Shown piece by piece: positions 38,500 to 52,150 of a stretch of DNA of 64,000 bases. Made by a program: the position numbers and the translations under genes. The stretch comes from Lama guanicoe (taxonomy: Eukaryota). Below the pieces are notes generated by a model. That model had not been told where the DNA came from and ran no database searches. It worked only from the letters and a program-made list of their open reading frames with translations. Positions within the stretch are counted from its first letter, which is position 1; each line of letters starts with the position of its first letter. The stretch is from positions 2,266,115 to 2,330,114 of the forward strand of contig MU053365.1 in assembly GCA_013239625.1 (NCBI GenBank), given 5' to 3'.

Positions 38500-39350
38500 A
38501 GGCAAGCTAGTACATTTGTTTGGAGTGGGGTCCCAAATATAGTCATACTCAATTCAGGTCTGCCAGGAAAATATAGCTTCTTTATTTCCCTGAAACTGCT
38601 CTGATCTCCTCTGTCTCTGTCAGCTCCACAATGTGATGAGGTCAAAGGGGAGGAGGAAACTAGAGACTAGATTGAATTCCATCCAATAAACTCATACCCA
38701 TTCCTAATTTGAACTGTCTCTTTAGGTAACGTCTCTCCCTTGATGGCTCAGGTTAATAGCCAGTCTTTCGGAGTTCAGTCTCTTTTCAAATATGGCATCC
38801 AGATGTGCTAATGGGAGGGGGGTGACCTAAGGGACCTTACAGGACTGCAGAGGGAAGCGACTCTCTGCACTCTGAAGTATGGTCTTCTGCATAAACGTGC
38901 TGGCACCCACTGCTGGAGCCCATGTTCCAGCCAACTGTCCCTTGCTCAATGTCCCTACCTATGGCTGTCTCTTTGTCCTAACACCAGTTTACTGGAGGAT
39001 GTTCTCATCCCCTCACAGGGTACTGTGGAACTCCTGGTTTGCCTGCACCACACGGTAGGCCAGAGTGTGGTTTTAAGCAACCCAGGCCTCTTGTGGACAC
39101 TTCTGCAACATTATTCCTTGTCCTGAGGAAGAGCTGACCTAGGGCTGCTCCCAGAGACTGGCAGCATCTTTCTTCCAGAATACTCACACTGAGCACGCCA
39201 CTGGGTCCACGTCCTCAACATCACATCCTCTTTTGAACCGAGAGCAATAACCTTTGTGGACAAAAACTCTTTGGCCTGGGTCTTTGTGTTTCTGGGTTTC
39301 TGTCTCTCTCCCTTGCCACATCTTGGCTTCAAAGTGCCTTGTCTTGCTGA
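38500..39350 (-). mobile_element. Possible ancient LTR (LTR78/MamGyp-like)
   Basis: ggaaaatatagcttctttatttccc and cagtctcttttcaaatatggcatcc resemble old mammalian LTR motifs; weak. Confidence 0.3.
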
Positions 39351-39820
39351 GGACTCAACCCAAAATGAAATTTTAAGTGAGCACTGACATCTCAGTTCTA
39401 GTAGGTATTATCCCTTCCCCAAACATCTGGCAATAATAAGGCAATGAAATCCATAGAAGTAGACCTCTCTCAAAATATTTCAAAAAATAACTTATCTGTG
39501 TGATACTTTCATGCATGCATTCACACATACTGAGCACCTGCTGCGTGGCTCACCCTGTCCTAGAAGCAAACAATACATAAATACACAAGGCAGACAAGGC
39601 CCCTACCACGCAAAAGTGCACAGACAGTGAGGGACAGAGACAAGCAAACAGAAAAATTCAGCAAAGTGTGAGAAGTCTAAGGCAGTGATTGGCTCCAAGG
39701 ATTTAATGCTCAGAGAAAGCATGTAATAGAAAGGTAGCACGTTTGATCTGGAAATGCCCTTATAGAGCCTCCAGTCTGGTGGTTCTCACTGCTAACATCC
39801 TAAGAGCATCACTCACCAGT

Positions 39821-39960
39821 GGGGAGAATATAGCTCAGTGGTAGAGTGCCTGCTTAGCACACATGAGGTCCTGGGTTCAACCAGCAGTACCTCCACAAAG
39901 AAATAAATTAAATAAATAAACTTAATTACCTCTCCCCAAAAAATTAAAAAGAAAGAAAAA
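39821..39960 (+). mobile_element. Camelid tRNA-Ala-derived SINE
   Basis: ggggagaatatagctcagtggtagagtgcctgcttagcacacatgaggtcctgggttcaa...aaataaacttaattacc. Confidence 0.92.
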
Positions 39961-40322
39961 TACCATATGATATCACTCACACATAGAATCTGGGGGGAAA
40001 AAAAGATGCAAATGAACTTCTGTATAAAACAGAGACAGACTCACAGACCTAGAAAACAAACTTATGGTTACCAGTGGGGAAGAGGGTGAGAAGGGATAAA
40101 TTGGGAGTTTGAGATTTGCAGATACTAGGCACTATATATAAAATAGACACACAACAAGTTTCTTCTGTATAACACAGGGAACTATCTTCAATATCTTGTA
40201 CTAACCTATAATGAAAAAGCATATGAAAATGAATATATCTATGTGTATGTATGACTCAAACATTACACTGTACACCAGAAATTGACAACATTGTAAACTG
40301 ACTATACTTCAATAAAAAAAAG
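39961..40322 (+). mobile_element. Cetartiodactyl/camelid L1 3'UTR
   Basis: taccatatgatatcact...cagactcacagac..agaaaacaaacttatggttacca...ctgtacaccagaaattgacaacattgtaaactgactatacttcaataaa. Confidence 0.9.
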
Positions 40323-40349
40323 AAACCAGAGATTCAAATCTTATGAGCA

Positions 40350-40561
40350 TTGGAGATGTGCAGATACTGATTGGTATATATAAAATAGATAAACAAGTTT
40401 ATACTGTATAGCACAGGGAAATATGTTCAATATCTTGTAGTAGTACACAGTGAAAAAGAATATGAAAATAAATATATGTATGTTCATGTATGACTGAAGA
40501 ATTGTGCTGTACACCAGAAATTGACACAACATTGTAAACTGACTATAACTCAATAAAAAAA
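40350..40561 (+). mobile_element. Second camelid L1 3' end with perfect 14-bp TSD
   Basis: TSD aaatcttatgagca at 40336-40349 and 40562-40575; polyA tail. Confidence 0.9.
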
Positions 40562-40884
40562 AAATCTTATGAGCACTTCACTGAATGAAATAAAGTAATT
40601 TAAATTACTTTTTTTAAAAAAGAATCACTCATCACTCAGGAATTGTAAAAGTAGACACATTCCCTAGACTCCACCCTTGATACTGAATTGACATATCTCA
40701 GGACTGAACCCAAGATTTCATATTTTACAAAACTCCCCAGATGATCATGATGCCAGTCTATAGTCTTGTGTTTGGGAATCACTGATCTATTCCAAAGGTT
40801 TTCAAACTTTTTCCTAACCCAGAAACTGTTCAATAATAAAAATAAAAGAAACTTTTTTATCACTCCTGGATACCCAAACATAAT

Positions 40885-41388
40885 GAGTCCACATGTGGAT
40901 CAAAATACATGCAAGAATGTTCACAGAAGCTTTACGCATAATAGCCACACATGCTAGACAACTCCGATGTCCATCAACAGGAAGATGACTGAATAAACTG
41001 TGAGGTATTCATACAACAGCATACTGAAATATTACTCAGTAATGAAAAAAGAAGTACCTCTACAGGAATTGACTTGGATGAATCGCATAGATGTTACGTT
41101 GAGCAAAAGAAATCTGAAACAAACGAGTATATGCTGTTGATTCCATTTATATTACATTGAAGAATAGGCCTAAGGAAGCGAAGGTAATCCAAGTGGGAAT
41201 AGTGACTACCTTGGGGACGGTGGCATTGGAGCTTGTTTGGGAAGAGGCACAAGGGAAACTCAGAGGTGATGGAAATGTTCTATATCTTGATTTGGGGTAA
41301 GTTTATTTTGTAAAACTTCATTGAGCCATACATTTAAGACCTGTGGACTTGACTTTATACAGCTTACATCACAACAAAAGTTTAAAAC
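40885..41388 (+). mobile_element. L1ME-like LINE-1 3' end
   Basis: caagaatgttcacagaagc...atgtccatcaacagg...gattccatttata...gatggaaatgttctatatcttgat. Confidence 0.85.
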
Positions 41389-42329
41389 TCAAGAAGTCAT
41401 AGACCCTCCCCCCCTACCCTGAGGAAGCATGAGCGAGCACAGCGGAGAAAGCTGACACACTCTGGCAGAAAGTGAGGTGTGGCGTGGCCTCGACTGGGCC
41501 TCCTAGAGCAGCATTTGTGATACACCAGGGGAACATAACAGATCCAGGTGGTCCTTTTCACCGTTCAGGTGACGGAATTGACTTCCAGGAAGAGAGTGCC
41601 TCAGAGTCGGGATGGCAGAGCCAGAAGTGAAAATGAATTCACCAGAAGTTACTACATTAAAAAACCCATGAGACATAAAGTAAAAAAAAAAAAAAAAGCA
41701 CTGTTATTGTCACTGTGGCCCAAAACAAAGCAAGATGGAAGCAAAGAAGACCAGGTCACAGCGTTTCCTCCTGAGCATCTATTCTTTCCTGGACCACCTT
41801 CATCCTCCTCCATTCCATTTCCACTGGATAAAAGCCCCATTCATTTAATTTCTACCAATTGGGAACTGATGGTAGTTTAGATAGATATTCAACTGAAGTT
41901 ACCTATTAATAAACAAACTCTTTCTTCAAAGATTGGGCAAAGTAGCGGTAGAAACACAATCAGAGGCAGTATGTTTGCAATACTTAAAAAAAAAATCAGC
42001 AACACTAAGCACATTAGAAATGTTTGACAAACTATTGACATCCTTGAAGGCTGGCTTCAAATGCTGCCTACTTCCTGCGGCTTTCACTGCCCACTAGCCA
42101 TAACTGACAGCTACCTTGCCAGTGTTCTTCAGTGACTGGACCCTACCTGCACTGAAACATTGCCTCATGATTCTCTAATTATGTGTTGAAGCCTTGACTT
42201 CCTCTGCTTGGTTGTGAGCTCTCGGAAACCCTTGGTCTGGTCAGTGAACAGTGCGCAGTCAGGTGTGACTACAGCAAAGGGTGTGTCTGGGGGTCAGGGT
42301 CTCTGCACAGGAGCTCAGAATAAGAGTTG

Positions 42330-42745
42330 AGGCTTCACACTAAACCCATGTCTAGAATCCCAGCTTTTGCGAAAGCAAGGTGACCCGCAGTGTCAGAAAA
42401 GAGCAAGTAGTTCCTTGTGGCTAGAACACAGGACAAGGGGGAGCGGAGCAGGGGAAGGGGGTGAAGTGTCAAGGCAGTCACGGACCAGAACAGACAGAAC
42501 ATTGGAAGGCACATTAGGAATTTATCAAGTAGCAAGTGGGCCTCCAGCGAAGGCTTTTGAAGCAGTGAAATGATCAGATTTCTGTTCACAAGCTTACCTC
42601 TTGCTGATGTGAATTGAGGAGAAGCAATGATGGACACAGGTAGGCCAGTAGGGGTCGCTAAGAGTCTTAATTAGGGTTCGGGGAGTGGTGATGGGGAGCA
42701 GGAAGGTGGAGCCCAGTGATATTTAGAAGGTGGAACCACTAAGGC
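42330..42745 (-). mobile_element. L2 fragment
   Basis: gaaggcttttgaagcagtgaaatgatcagatttctgtt...gatatttagaaggtggaacc. Confidence 0.6.
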
Positions 42746-44259
42746 TGCTTCTCGCTTGAACAGCATGGAGGGATGTTAGCCTTCCCAGCTGACTGGCAAC
42801 TCCTTACATTACACACGTACAAGCCCAGTGTTTCTTAAGTTAAAATGTTTAAATGATGAACCATGTGACTGGCATTTGTCTCTTTGCTTTGCTGTTTAGT
42901 TTCAACCCCCTCTGCCCAGGGGCAGAGCCTTTCTCTTACCCTGAGCCCTAGGCCCGGAAGGTCAGAGCCTAACCTTCACATCCCCCAAATAAGAGCACAT
43001 GCCAGACTCCCCATGTTGCCCTCTCTCCATGCCATTCAGTTTGGATTTAGCCATCCTATGCTCCATGCTGGATTTCAAGAGATGCCCTCAAGAAGCTTCC
43101 AGGTTGTTGGGAACGGGTAGATATATAAACCAACAAGGCATGGTACAGGTGAAGGTAGTTCTTATTCATCCATCTGCCTGTTCATCTATCAATTCAACAC
43201 ACAGATTTGCAGTCTCAGTCTGCTAATTGCTGTTGTGTGTATTGGGGCTGGAAGTGCAAAGAATAATGCAGCTCAGGCCAGGAGATCTCAGTCTCCAGGT
43301 CCCACCGACCCCATTCCTGACTTCCTCCATCTCCCATGTATCCGCCACTAAGTTCTCAACAACCTTTGTGACCAAGACTTTCTAAGATACATATTACACA
43401 TCTAAGATTCTCTGTTTCAGACATTGCCACTCAGGGTAATAGGAGACACTGCAGAAAATTTAAAGAAACCTGACATCAGAGCAAGTTCATAGAAATAACA
43501 GTCTCAAAGTGTTCATACGTATGAACATGCTCTGGGATTCTTATATCATCCAGAAGAGCTAGGTCACTGAGGAAGTGTTTCTCCCTCCGAGATTTCTGTT
43601 CTAGAAACATCTGAGCAATCGGTCTGCCTTTCCAGTGGCCAAGAGTGACTGCTTTCCTTTGACAAACTCTAAGGGCTCTGACCTTCCTTTAAAATCCACC
43701 GTTGCCTCTGCAGGCTTGCAGCATTTCGAAAAAACTGAGAAAGACTCTCCAAAACCAAATTGAATGTCAGGACCTGAGGACAGTGTTGATTGGTACAGTT
43801 TTTGTATCCAGAACAGGGTCCCTGCCAGCCCCATCAATTTCACGTCACTAAACTATTAGGATAGGACAAATTGTCCTGGTTCTCTATACTCAACCCCAAG
43901 AATCTGGTTCTATTTTCATCTTCAAATTAAACCTGACAGAGGTCTCAGGGGAGGATTAGGAAGCACTAGAAATATATCACGATCTATGAACAGACGTGAG
44001 GCATCTTCCTGGACCATTACATCCCCTACTTCTAGCATATTCCATGTGGCTTTTTAAGCACCCTTAACTATGAGTTAGCTCTTAGGCCACTGTAGATACT
44101 CAAAAAACCCACGAAGAGTATTATCTTCTGATACGATAAATTCTTGTTTCACTAACGCAGCGTGAATGAAAAGCCTGCACACATACAGAATTGATTTGTA
44201 AAGCCCACGCAAGGAACAGAGGGCCAGATGCTAGGGTGGGAGTCAGCCTAGACAAGCCA

Positions 44260-44510
44260 ATAATAATATTATCTCTCATGCATCTAGTGCTTCCCACGTA
44301 CTAGGCAGATTCTCTTATTTACTCCTCACAATAACCTTCAAACACTGATAGTATTAGTATTAGTATTAGTATTAGCCCCATTTTGTGCAGGGGAAATCTG
44401 AAGCCCATTGAGGTAAGGTGACTTGCCCAAGGTCACACTGCAGCTAAGTGGCAGAGCTGCAATTTGGATCTAGGTCTGTTTGACTCCAGAGCCTCTTAAC
44501 CACCATGATT
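44260..44510 (-). mobile_element. MIR with internal (TAGTAT)n
   Basis: gaggtaaggtgacttgcccaaggtcacac..gctaagtggcagagctg...tctgtttgactccagagcc. Confidence 0.88.
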
Positions 44511-46119
44511 TATGGTCTTTTAACAAGAAAGTTTGCTTTTTATATTTTCAAAACCAAAATCAATCAAATCCAAGAATCCAATGAGCAAACACCAATTCAC
44601 AGGTGCTCACAGTACATAGTGGGGAGACACAGTGCTCCCAGACCATGGGTTGGGCGATGTTCTGTGACTGAAATGATGATGTAAAGATGAAGCAGACACT
44701 GGGAAGGGAAAAAGCCAGTTTGCGGCTGGTGCAGTCCCATGACTTCTTACCTTGCTCTGCCACGCCTGCTTCCTCTTTGCTGGGCCCACTTGTCCCTGGA
44801 CATGAAAGTTGAGTCCCATTTGGTTTCTGGGCCGGCCTTCATGACAGAGGAAAGACAATGTACCTGCCCCTCTCCTCGCCCCCTCCTAGGGGAGACTGCG
44901 GTCTCATTCCCAGGGCTGACTCGTGGGCCCCTGGCTCCTTCCGCATCTCCCCTGACCCCCTCTGCATGAAGCACTGACCTTCCCACTCAGTGAGCCCCAG
45001 TTCCCAGGACTGGGTTTTCCCCCTGCTTCCTGGGGCTCTGTCTCATCGCGCTGAACTGCTACCCCAGGGGCTGCTGCCACACCCCAACACTTGCCCAGGG
45101 CTGGCGAGCAGACAGTGGGCTGGCCCTCCTTGCCAGGCCCCTGCTCTGTAATCAGTCTCTGTTCCTGGGTGGGTCCACAGAGCGACATCCCAAATGTTCA
45201 GTTGTTTGACTTGAGGTTTCCCTCTGCCGCACTCCTGCCGAAAGAAACCCCGGCTGCCTGCTCTGGAACACTCCAGCGCCCACCATCGGACACCGGCCTT
45301 CCTACCTGTGGCATCCATTCACGGCAACATCTATACTAAGGTCACTTTCCCCAGCCTCTGTCCCATTGTAAAGGACAAATCTATTAGGTCCCAAATCCCC
45401 TCTTCTTTCACACATGCCTGGCTCCTTTTTAGTTATGATAAGATCAAAGAATTAAACTGCCCAACAGTGGAAGAATGTGAGGATTAAAGGATTTTCGTGC
45501 TGGAAAGGAGTTCAGAGATTATCTTCTTCAAGCTAGACATTATTATAGATGGCCAAATTGAGGCTCAGGCAGATGCCCCAGGCAGAAAAAAAAAAAAAAA
45601 AAAAGCGTAAGAACTGGCCATCCTACAGTACCTGCATGGTGCTGACGGAGTGGCTGACCTCGACAGTCCCGCTCTCCTTCCCTGAGCAGAATGGGTTTCC
45701 GCCTCCGGATTGGAGCACTTACTCTCCTGAGTGTATATCAGTTACCCAATAATCAGGCCTGACGAGGCCAGTACTTGGGAAGACCACACGGATAAGATAA
45801 ACAGAAAGGACCAAGACAAAGCAGGCTGCCGTGCGTAAACTGGGCTCTCCCAAACAAAGGGTTCTGCAGGAAATCAGGTAGTCAGTACACATCCAGCAAG
45901 ATGCAACGTACAGCTAGTGTAAGGGTTACTCAAAGTGACGGGCAAATAACCTTGGTCATGGGAGAAGCCTACGTTGTTTAGAAAAGCAAACAGAGAATGG
46001 CTTATGATGAGTGAAAAGTAACTGTTTTAAAATTCAGCGTGAGATACAGATTTATTATCCCTGTGAGATAAATCCTGGGGAAGGCATGCTCAGTGTTCTG
46101 CGGGCCTGGCTAACGACCG

Positions 46120-46350
46120 TGAAGAAAGCAGTCTGGATGTGAATCTTGGCTTGGGAAAGGGATTTCAACTCTGAGCCCCATTTTTCTCACCTTTGAAGCA
46201 GAGATGACAATAGTAGTAGTACTAGCAGTACTGGAGGAGGGGGAGGAGGAGGAGGAATAATAATGCACGATAGGTTTCCGAGATTAAATGAAATGATAGA
46301 TGCATGTGCCTAATGCAGTGTCTGATACTCACCAGGCACTCACTTCATGT
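46120..46350 (+). mobile_element. MIR
   Basis: ctctgagccccattttt...gagattaaatgaaatgata...taatgcagtgtctg. Confidence 0.7.
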
Positions 46351-47221
46351 TAGAACTCTGCACCTACATGACAGCAATTAGTATGCGGGCAAAGCTGCAC
46401 CAAATATCTCAAGATTCCTTTTCAGGCCAAGGCAGGACAACGTCCCGCAGTACTAGAAAGGAAACAGGCCCGCTAAGTCAATATTAGTCAAAGATGGTCA
46501 CACGTACACTCTCCACCTGGAAGCTCCCTCCTGGTGGTACCCAGTTAACAATGGCAATAGAATTTTGGCCATTTCACACTAGTGTCATAGTGGCCAAACA
46601 GTGGGAAGATTGAGAGTTAGAGGAGCCAAGCTTAAGTCCCATCGTCATCACTTATTAATTATACGTAAAGTAAAAAATAACCCCAAATAAGTATCTAATA
46701 TACTTATCTGATATCCTCAACCTCACACGTTGGCTACTGGAGCACATCGTATTTGTAAGCAGTGTGGATGGGAAAGGGCATGATGGTACCCGCCATCATC
46801 ACTTCCACAGGCATTAGAGCAGTTCTCAACCTGCTGATAACCAATGCCGGGGCTGGTCCAGCCCTTGTGGTTCTTACTGTGACTGCAAGATGCTTACATT
46901 ACAACAAGGCAAAAGGGAATCATTTTGTTCCAGCCAGTTCTGTCCTAACATCTCGAGATGAAGTACTGAGATGTATTCAGATTTGCCTGATGAAGGTCTT
47001 ATGGGCATAAGACCCCTAAACCCATCCTGTGGTCAGAGGAATGATTTGTGCTGATCTGCCTAGACCTGAGGCACATAACCAACTCCTCAGGGTCCACCCA
47101 GACACTAGTGGATTAAGATGGGATCACCCATGACAACTCAGGGCTGTTTCTGTTAGAAGATAGAATGGATCATGGAGGGGAAACCCATATGTGCCCACTA
47201 GAGTGCTCCACCTTGAGAAGG

Positions 47222-47701
47222 TGGAGGTGTGAGTGAATCATGCCCCTCAGCCCCAAGACGCCCATGTCCTAATCCCTGGGACCTGGGAATATGGCACCTT
47301 ACATGGCAAAGGGGGTCCTGCAGATGTGATCAAGGATCCTGAGTTGGAGAGATTATCCTGGATTATCCAGGCCGGCCTAATTTAATCACGAATGTTCTTA
47401 AAGTAGAAGAAAGTGGAAGAAGACGTCAGAGTGATGCAACGTGGACACTTGACTCTCCTTTGCTAGTTTTGAAGGTGGAGGAAGGCGTCATGAGCCATGG
47501 AATGCAGGCAGCCTCTAGTGGGTGGGAAAAGCCAGGGAATGGATTCTCCCTGAGAGCATCCAGCAGGACTGTGGCCCTGCCGACATTTTGACTTTAGGCC
47601 AATGAGATGGCTGGTCTCCAGAACTGTAAGCTAATAAATTTGTATTATTTAAGCACTAAGTTTGTGGTAATGTGTTACAGCAGCGATAAGAAACCAACAC
47701 A
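47222..47701 (+). mobile_element. MLT1D-like MaLR LTR
   Basis: catgtcctaatccctggg...ccttacatggcaaa...gagattatcctggattatcc...ctccagaactgtaagctaataaatttgt...gttacagcagc. Confidence 0.9.
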
Positions 47702-49007
47702 TCAGCCCACTACTTACTGACACTCTGGTGAAGAAACTAATTACTATGTAGTCAAGTCAGCTTAAAGTTAAGGTGCATATTCTCAGTGTGAGACCACCAC
47801 GGAGGGGGCCAGTCCCAATGCTTAGAGTTCTGAGCTGAAGCAGGGTAAAAGGAAAAACCTACAGCCTCCTTAGACCCCATAAAAACAATTTGGTTCTTCA
47901 GTAGCTTAGAAGTTTCTTGTAGTTTCCAACATAAGTCTGCTCTCATCAAGCCAACAGGATGATTTGCAAGGTCAAGGCCTACTTTTGGGCTAGGAGCTCA
48001 TGGTTGACCTGCAGTGACCTGAGAGGGCAGGTTTCCATGCCTCCCGGGCGCTACTCTCACAAGACCAGCTCGAAGACCAGAAAGTTCTGCATGTCAGCAT
48101 CCTTCACGAGGAGGGTTTTGCTAAACACTGCACATTTCCGTCCCAGTTATAGACACAGGAAATTGTGGAAGCTGAGAAAAGACCTCATTTAGAATACAAA
48201 GTGAAAAGGAAAAATTAATCAAAATAGAAAATGTGCCAAAAAGGAAAGTCAGAAAATGCATTCACACAAACAAGCACACAACTGAACAAGCCATTTTAAG
48301 ATCCATTAAGCATTTGTTCATTTCACTACAGAATTGGGGGTTGATTGAATTACAGTATCCCTGTGCTTCGAAGGCTCTCAGGTTTCCAAAATAATTAAGG
48401 TTTGCATTGACATAAATCCTGGTTTCCTAGCAGATATTTCAAGTACCTAAGAAAGTTCTTTCTTAGGGAAATAACTCCTTGGGAAGAGGCCCGCTGCGCT
48501 GGAAGTGTGCGGGGAGACAGGGCCGGAGCAGTGCCCTCCGACTCCTCCAGCTGAGCAAGTGGTAGAAATGACAAGTTTGATTTCCACAGGGAAGGCAGGA
48601 ACGGACTGCTCCTTCTAAAGCCCTCCCTGTCGGCAGTAGGCGCACACATCCTGCGGCGCCTTCTGCTGCCCTGGGAGACCATGGGCTGTGAGCCCTGGGC
48701 AGAGAAGGGAACACAGCTCATGCCAGGGGACCCGGGAGACTCACCGTGTGCACAGCTGGTGGCCTTCTAGGTCAGCTCCCGCTTCCATCTCCTGGGACAG
48801 CCTCACACCGGCCACACGGAAGCCCGCTCCAGACTCCAGGGACTTGAAATGTGTCTGAGACAGGAAAGGTCCAGAGCGAGGAACCGCGGTGCAAGCTACA
48901 GCTGAAGTTTAACCGTCCGTAAGAAGAAAATCAACACTCCTTGTTTACCTAGCCATGGGAGACAGACTCTAATACCTTGCTTTTAGACTTAAATCAGAGG
49001 CGATCTA

Positions 49008-49170
49008 GCCCTTCACTATTCAAAGCTGAGTCTATACCCGCAGTGTGGCCATCACTGAGAGGCTGATAAAAATGCAGACTCTCTGCGGCCCCAGACCCAC
49101 TGAATCTCAATTGGCATTTGAACAAGATCCTCGGGCGATACCCCTGCAGGTTAAAGCCGGGGAAGAACTG
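49008..49170. mobile_element. MER5A-like MITE
   Basis: aaatgcagactc...ccccagacccactgaatc...gcatttgaacaagatcc. Confidence 0.75.
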
Positions 49171-49379
49171 AGCAAGTCTAATCCCCTCGGTGGAGATGGG
49201 GTAGTGCAGCCCAGAGAGGGGAAGGGGGCTGCTCAAGGCCACTGGGACGGTCATTAACAAAGCCAGAGTTCAAGCTCAGGTCCTAGGGCTTCAGCTTTCC
49301 AAAACTCATCCCTTTTATTCCTCTTGTTTAGTTTCCAAACTTTTTATTAATAGCATTTAATCATTCCTAGGCCGTGCTC

Positions 49380-49545
49380 TCTTGGTTAAGTCCCTTAACT
49401 TTTCTGTGCCAAACTTTGCTCACCTGCGAAATGGGGCTAACAGTACTCCATAGGGTTGTTGTAAGAAGACAGTGAAATAACACATTATTATTTGTTAGCA
49501 CTTAGCACAGGGCTTCATGTGGAATGAAAACTCAGCAAACTTCAT
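49380..49545 (+). mobile_element. MIR
   Basis: cccttaacttttctgtgcc...aaatggggctaacagtac..catagggttgttgtaag. Confidence 0.8.
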
Positions 49546-51439
49546 CTCTCATGACTTAACTAAAAATGATCAGCAGCTGTGTGCAGGCTTACAGGGCGCA
49601 GCCCGCCCTGGGGCGGTCATTATCCTTAATGCTACTCCGATGTAGAGGGTTTTGCTTTTTCCTTTGAACCACTCAGCTTTGTTCTGGAGAAATGAGCCAG
49701 ATCTTCATCTCTGTAGGGGGAAGCTCAGGATAAATTAAACACGAGGAACCGCATTGGGGTCTTGGCTCTATCCCCTGTGCACCTGAGGAAAACAAAATCG
49801 CATCTATGAAGGCATGTGTTTATTTAAACACTAGAATCTAAGAATGCTAGAAATGAGAAGGCTCATTAGGAATTATCTGGTTCAATCTACTCCTTTTACA
49901 AGTAAACAGCCCAAGAGAAGGAATGTAACACTCTTATCCAAGGTCACAAGTATCAGAGCCAGGGGTAAACTATAGTAAAAGGGATAAGAAATCACAGCTA
50001 CAACTTGAGTACATGCTGTACGCTAGGGGGTCTTGTAAACCTAATCACATTAAGTTCTCACAATTTTCTTCGATAGGTACCATAATTGTTCCAATTTCAT
50101 AAGTGCAGAAATTGAGGCACAAAGAAATTAAATAACTAACCCCAGACAAGCCTGCTGGGAAGTAACAAGAGATTTCAATCCAGACCTGCCCCCTCCGAGG
50201 CCTGTGGTCTTTACACGGCCCCGCTCCTGGCCCGCGGGTGGCTCGGTGACCTGGAGACTCCCAGCGCAGAAACAGGAAAGTCGGAGCTGGCGGGGCTGCA
50301 CTCGGCAAAGCTGCACCAACTAGTCTTTGTAATTTCATTTGGGACTCTGCTTCTGAGTGGCCGACTTTTCCAAAACCTGTGATTTGATCCTCTCAGGCTC
50401 AAGGTTGGAGCTTTATTTCTCAGCTGCTTGGGTCAAGTCTTAAAACAGACTGGCTCCTTGACACACTGCTTGAGTTCCAAATCTCCATTCCTAAGGCATG
50501 CAAGGGCCAGAAACTGCACGGTTGTGATGAACTTATTTGAATAGAATTCCCTAGTTCCAGGCCCCAGTCTTCCCTATAGGAGCTACAAACCACAGCAGTC
50601 AGCTTCCTGCAATAATGCAGAATATCAATAAGAACCCTAGAATGGGAGCCGAGAGAGTGGTGCTACCGCTACCGTGGGACCTTGGACAGATCGCTTTCCC
50701 TCTCTGTTCCTCAATTGCCTGACATCGTGACCTCCCATTCCCAACCCCGTGTGGCTGAAGAGCCCTTCATCTGGGCTACGGTTGACTCACAGGCTTCACT
50801 CCATGTTGTCAACGTTCATTTCTTTTCCACTCTCTGCCTATCACCACATAGATTCCCTAAAGTCACAGACCGTATCATATTCACCTCTGCATCCCCCAGG
50901 CCTCGCGTGGTGCTCAGCATGTAGCTGCTACTCGGTAATGAGCTGTACGCCCCCTTCTGCCTCTGACAGTTTCAGCTGGTATTTTACCCTGAATAATACA
51001 GAACGAGAACAACTGATTTTCTCAGTAGCAGGACTGAATTTGCTGTGGTTATTCCTGTATATAAAAATTACCCAGCACTTCAGAGGAGAAGCCATAAAAT
51101 AAATAGAAACAGCCATGTTAACAGCAGATCTGAGGTGTCAGGAAGATGGACCAGTTTGAGATTTAGACGGAGTTGAGATAATTGGTCATGATCAAAAACA
51201 CTGACCCCTCCTCCTGGCGATCATTTCTCTCATTTTATATCTTTTCTTGCTAAAATAGGGGTGGAAGACAGGGCATGACATGATGATGCTTTCTGGAAGC
51301 TCCTGGTAAAGTTCATCATTTTTATTTCTAGTGATTCCTGAGCTGTGCAGAATTTCAAGGGCCTGGTTTATAGTGCAAATTATTAGGAGTCAGTGAATCC
51401 CGCGCTCCTGGGAGGTAATCACTCTACATGTTACTCTTT

Positions 51440-52150
51440 CGTTCAGCCAGCCACACAGACACACTGGGCCCCCTGCTTGTGGGTTCATCACTGTGCTTGG
51501 GTGCGTGGAATCCAGAGATGAAGGAGAGTCACACTCTTGATGGTTTCATAGTCAGTGGGGGGCACAGTGATTTTGACATAGAGATAGAAAAAATTATAAT
51601 ACTAGCATAGTAACTGTTTACAATGGACTGAAAACTGTGGAGGGAGCTGAGAGAAGGTAGAGACTAACACCGCCCACAGCAGGTGGAGCTGCGAGGGAAA
51701 AGGAGGAAGAAGAATGAGAAGACCAAAAGCCTAAGAGAAGAGAGCCCCCTTGAGCAGCGCCCAGGAGAACTAGCCCAGATTCGTGGAGGAGAGGGATGGG
51801 TGGCAGGAGCATTTCCGGCAGAAGGAACCAACTGGACATGGAATGATGGGAAGGAAGTGTGTGTACAAGGAAGAAGGAGCACTTCAATATGGTGAAAGAT
51901 ACCGGGGGACTGTTGAAGGAAAGGGGGGCTAGAGAAGCAGCTTGCAGCCAAAGCTGCAATGTGGATGGGAGGAGAATATAGAACTCAGAGAAGAAGGTAA
52001 AGTGGGGAAAGAAGTCGTAACATCCTGGGGAAGGCACGAGAGCCCTGATGATGTTGGTGGAAGTGGCGCGGTAAAGAGCAAAGGAGAGAGAACAGTTTCT
52101 TTCAATCTAGAGATGATCGAGTTAGTATCTGAGTTAGCTAGAGCGACAAT
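51440..52150 (-). mobile_element. L2 fragments
   Basis: actgtgcttgggtgc...agcatttccggcagaaggaacc...ggaaggaagtgtgtgt. Confidence 0.55.

Larger units (their letters stand above)
39770..40785. mobile_element. MER5-like MITE hosting nested SINE and L1 insertions
   Basis: ggtggttctca on the left; aaactccccagatgatcatgatg...tttgggaatcactg on the right. Confidence 0.6.
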
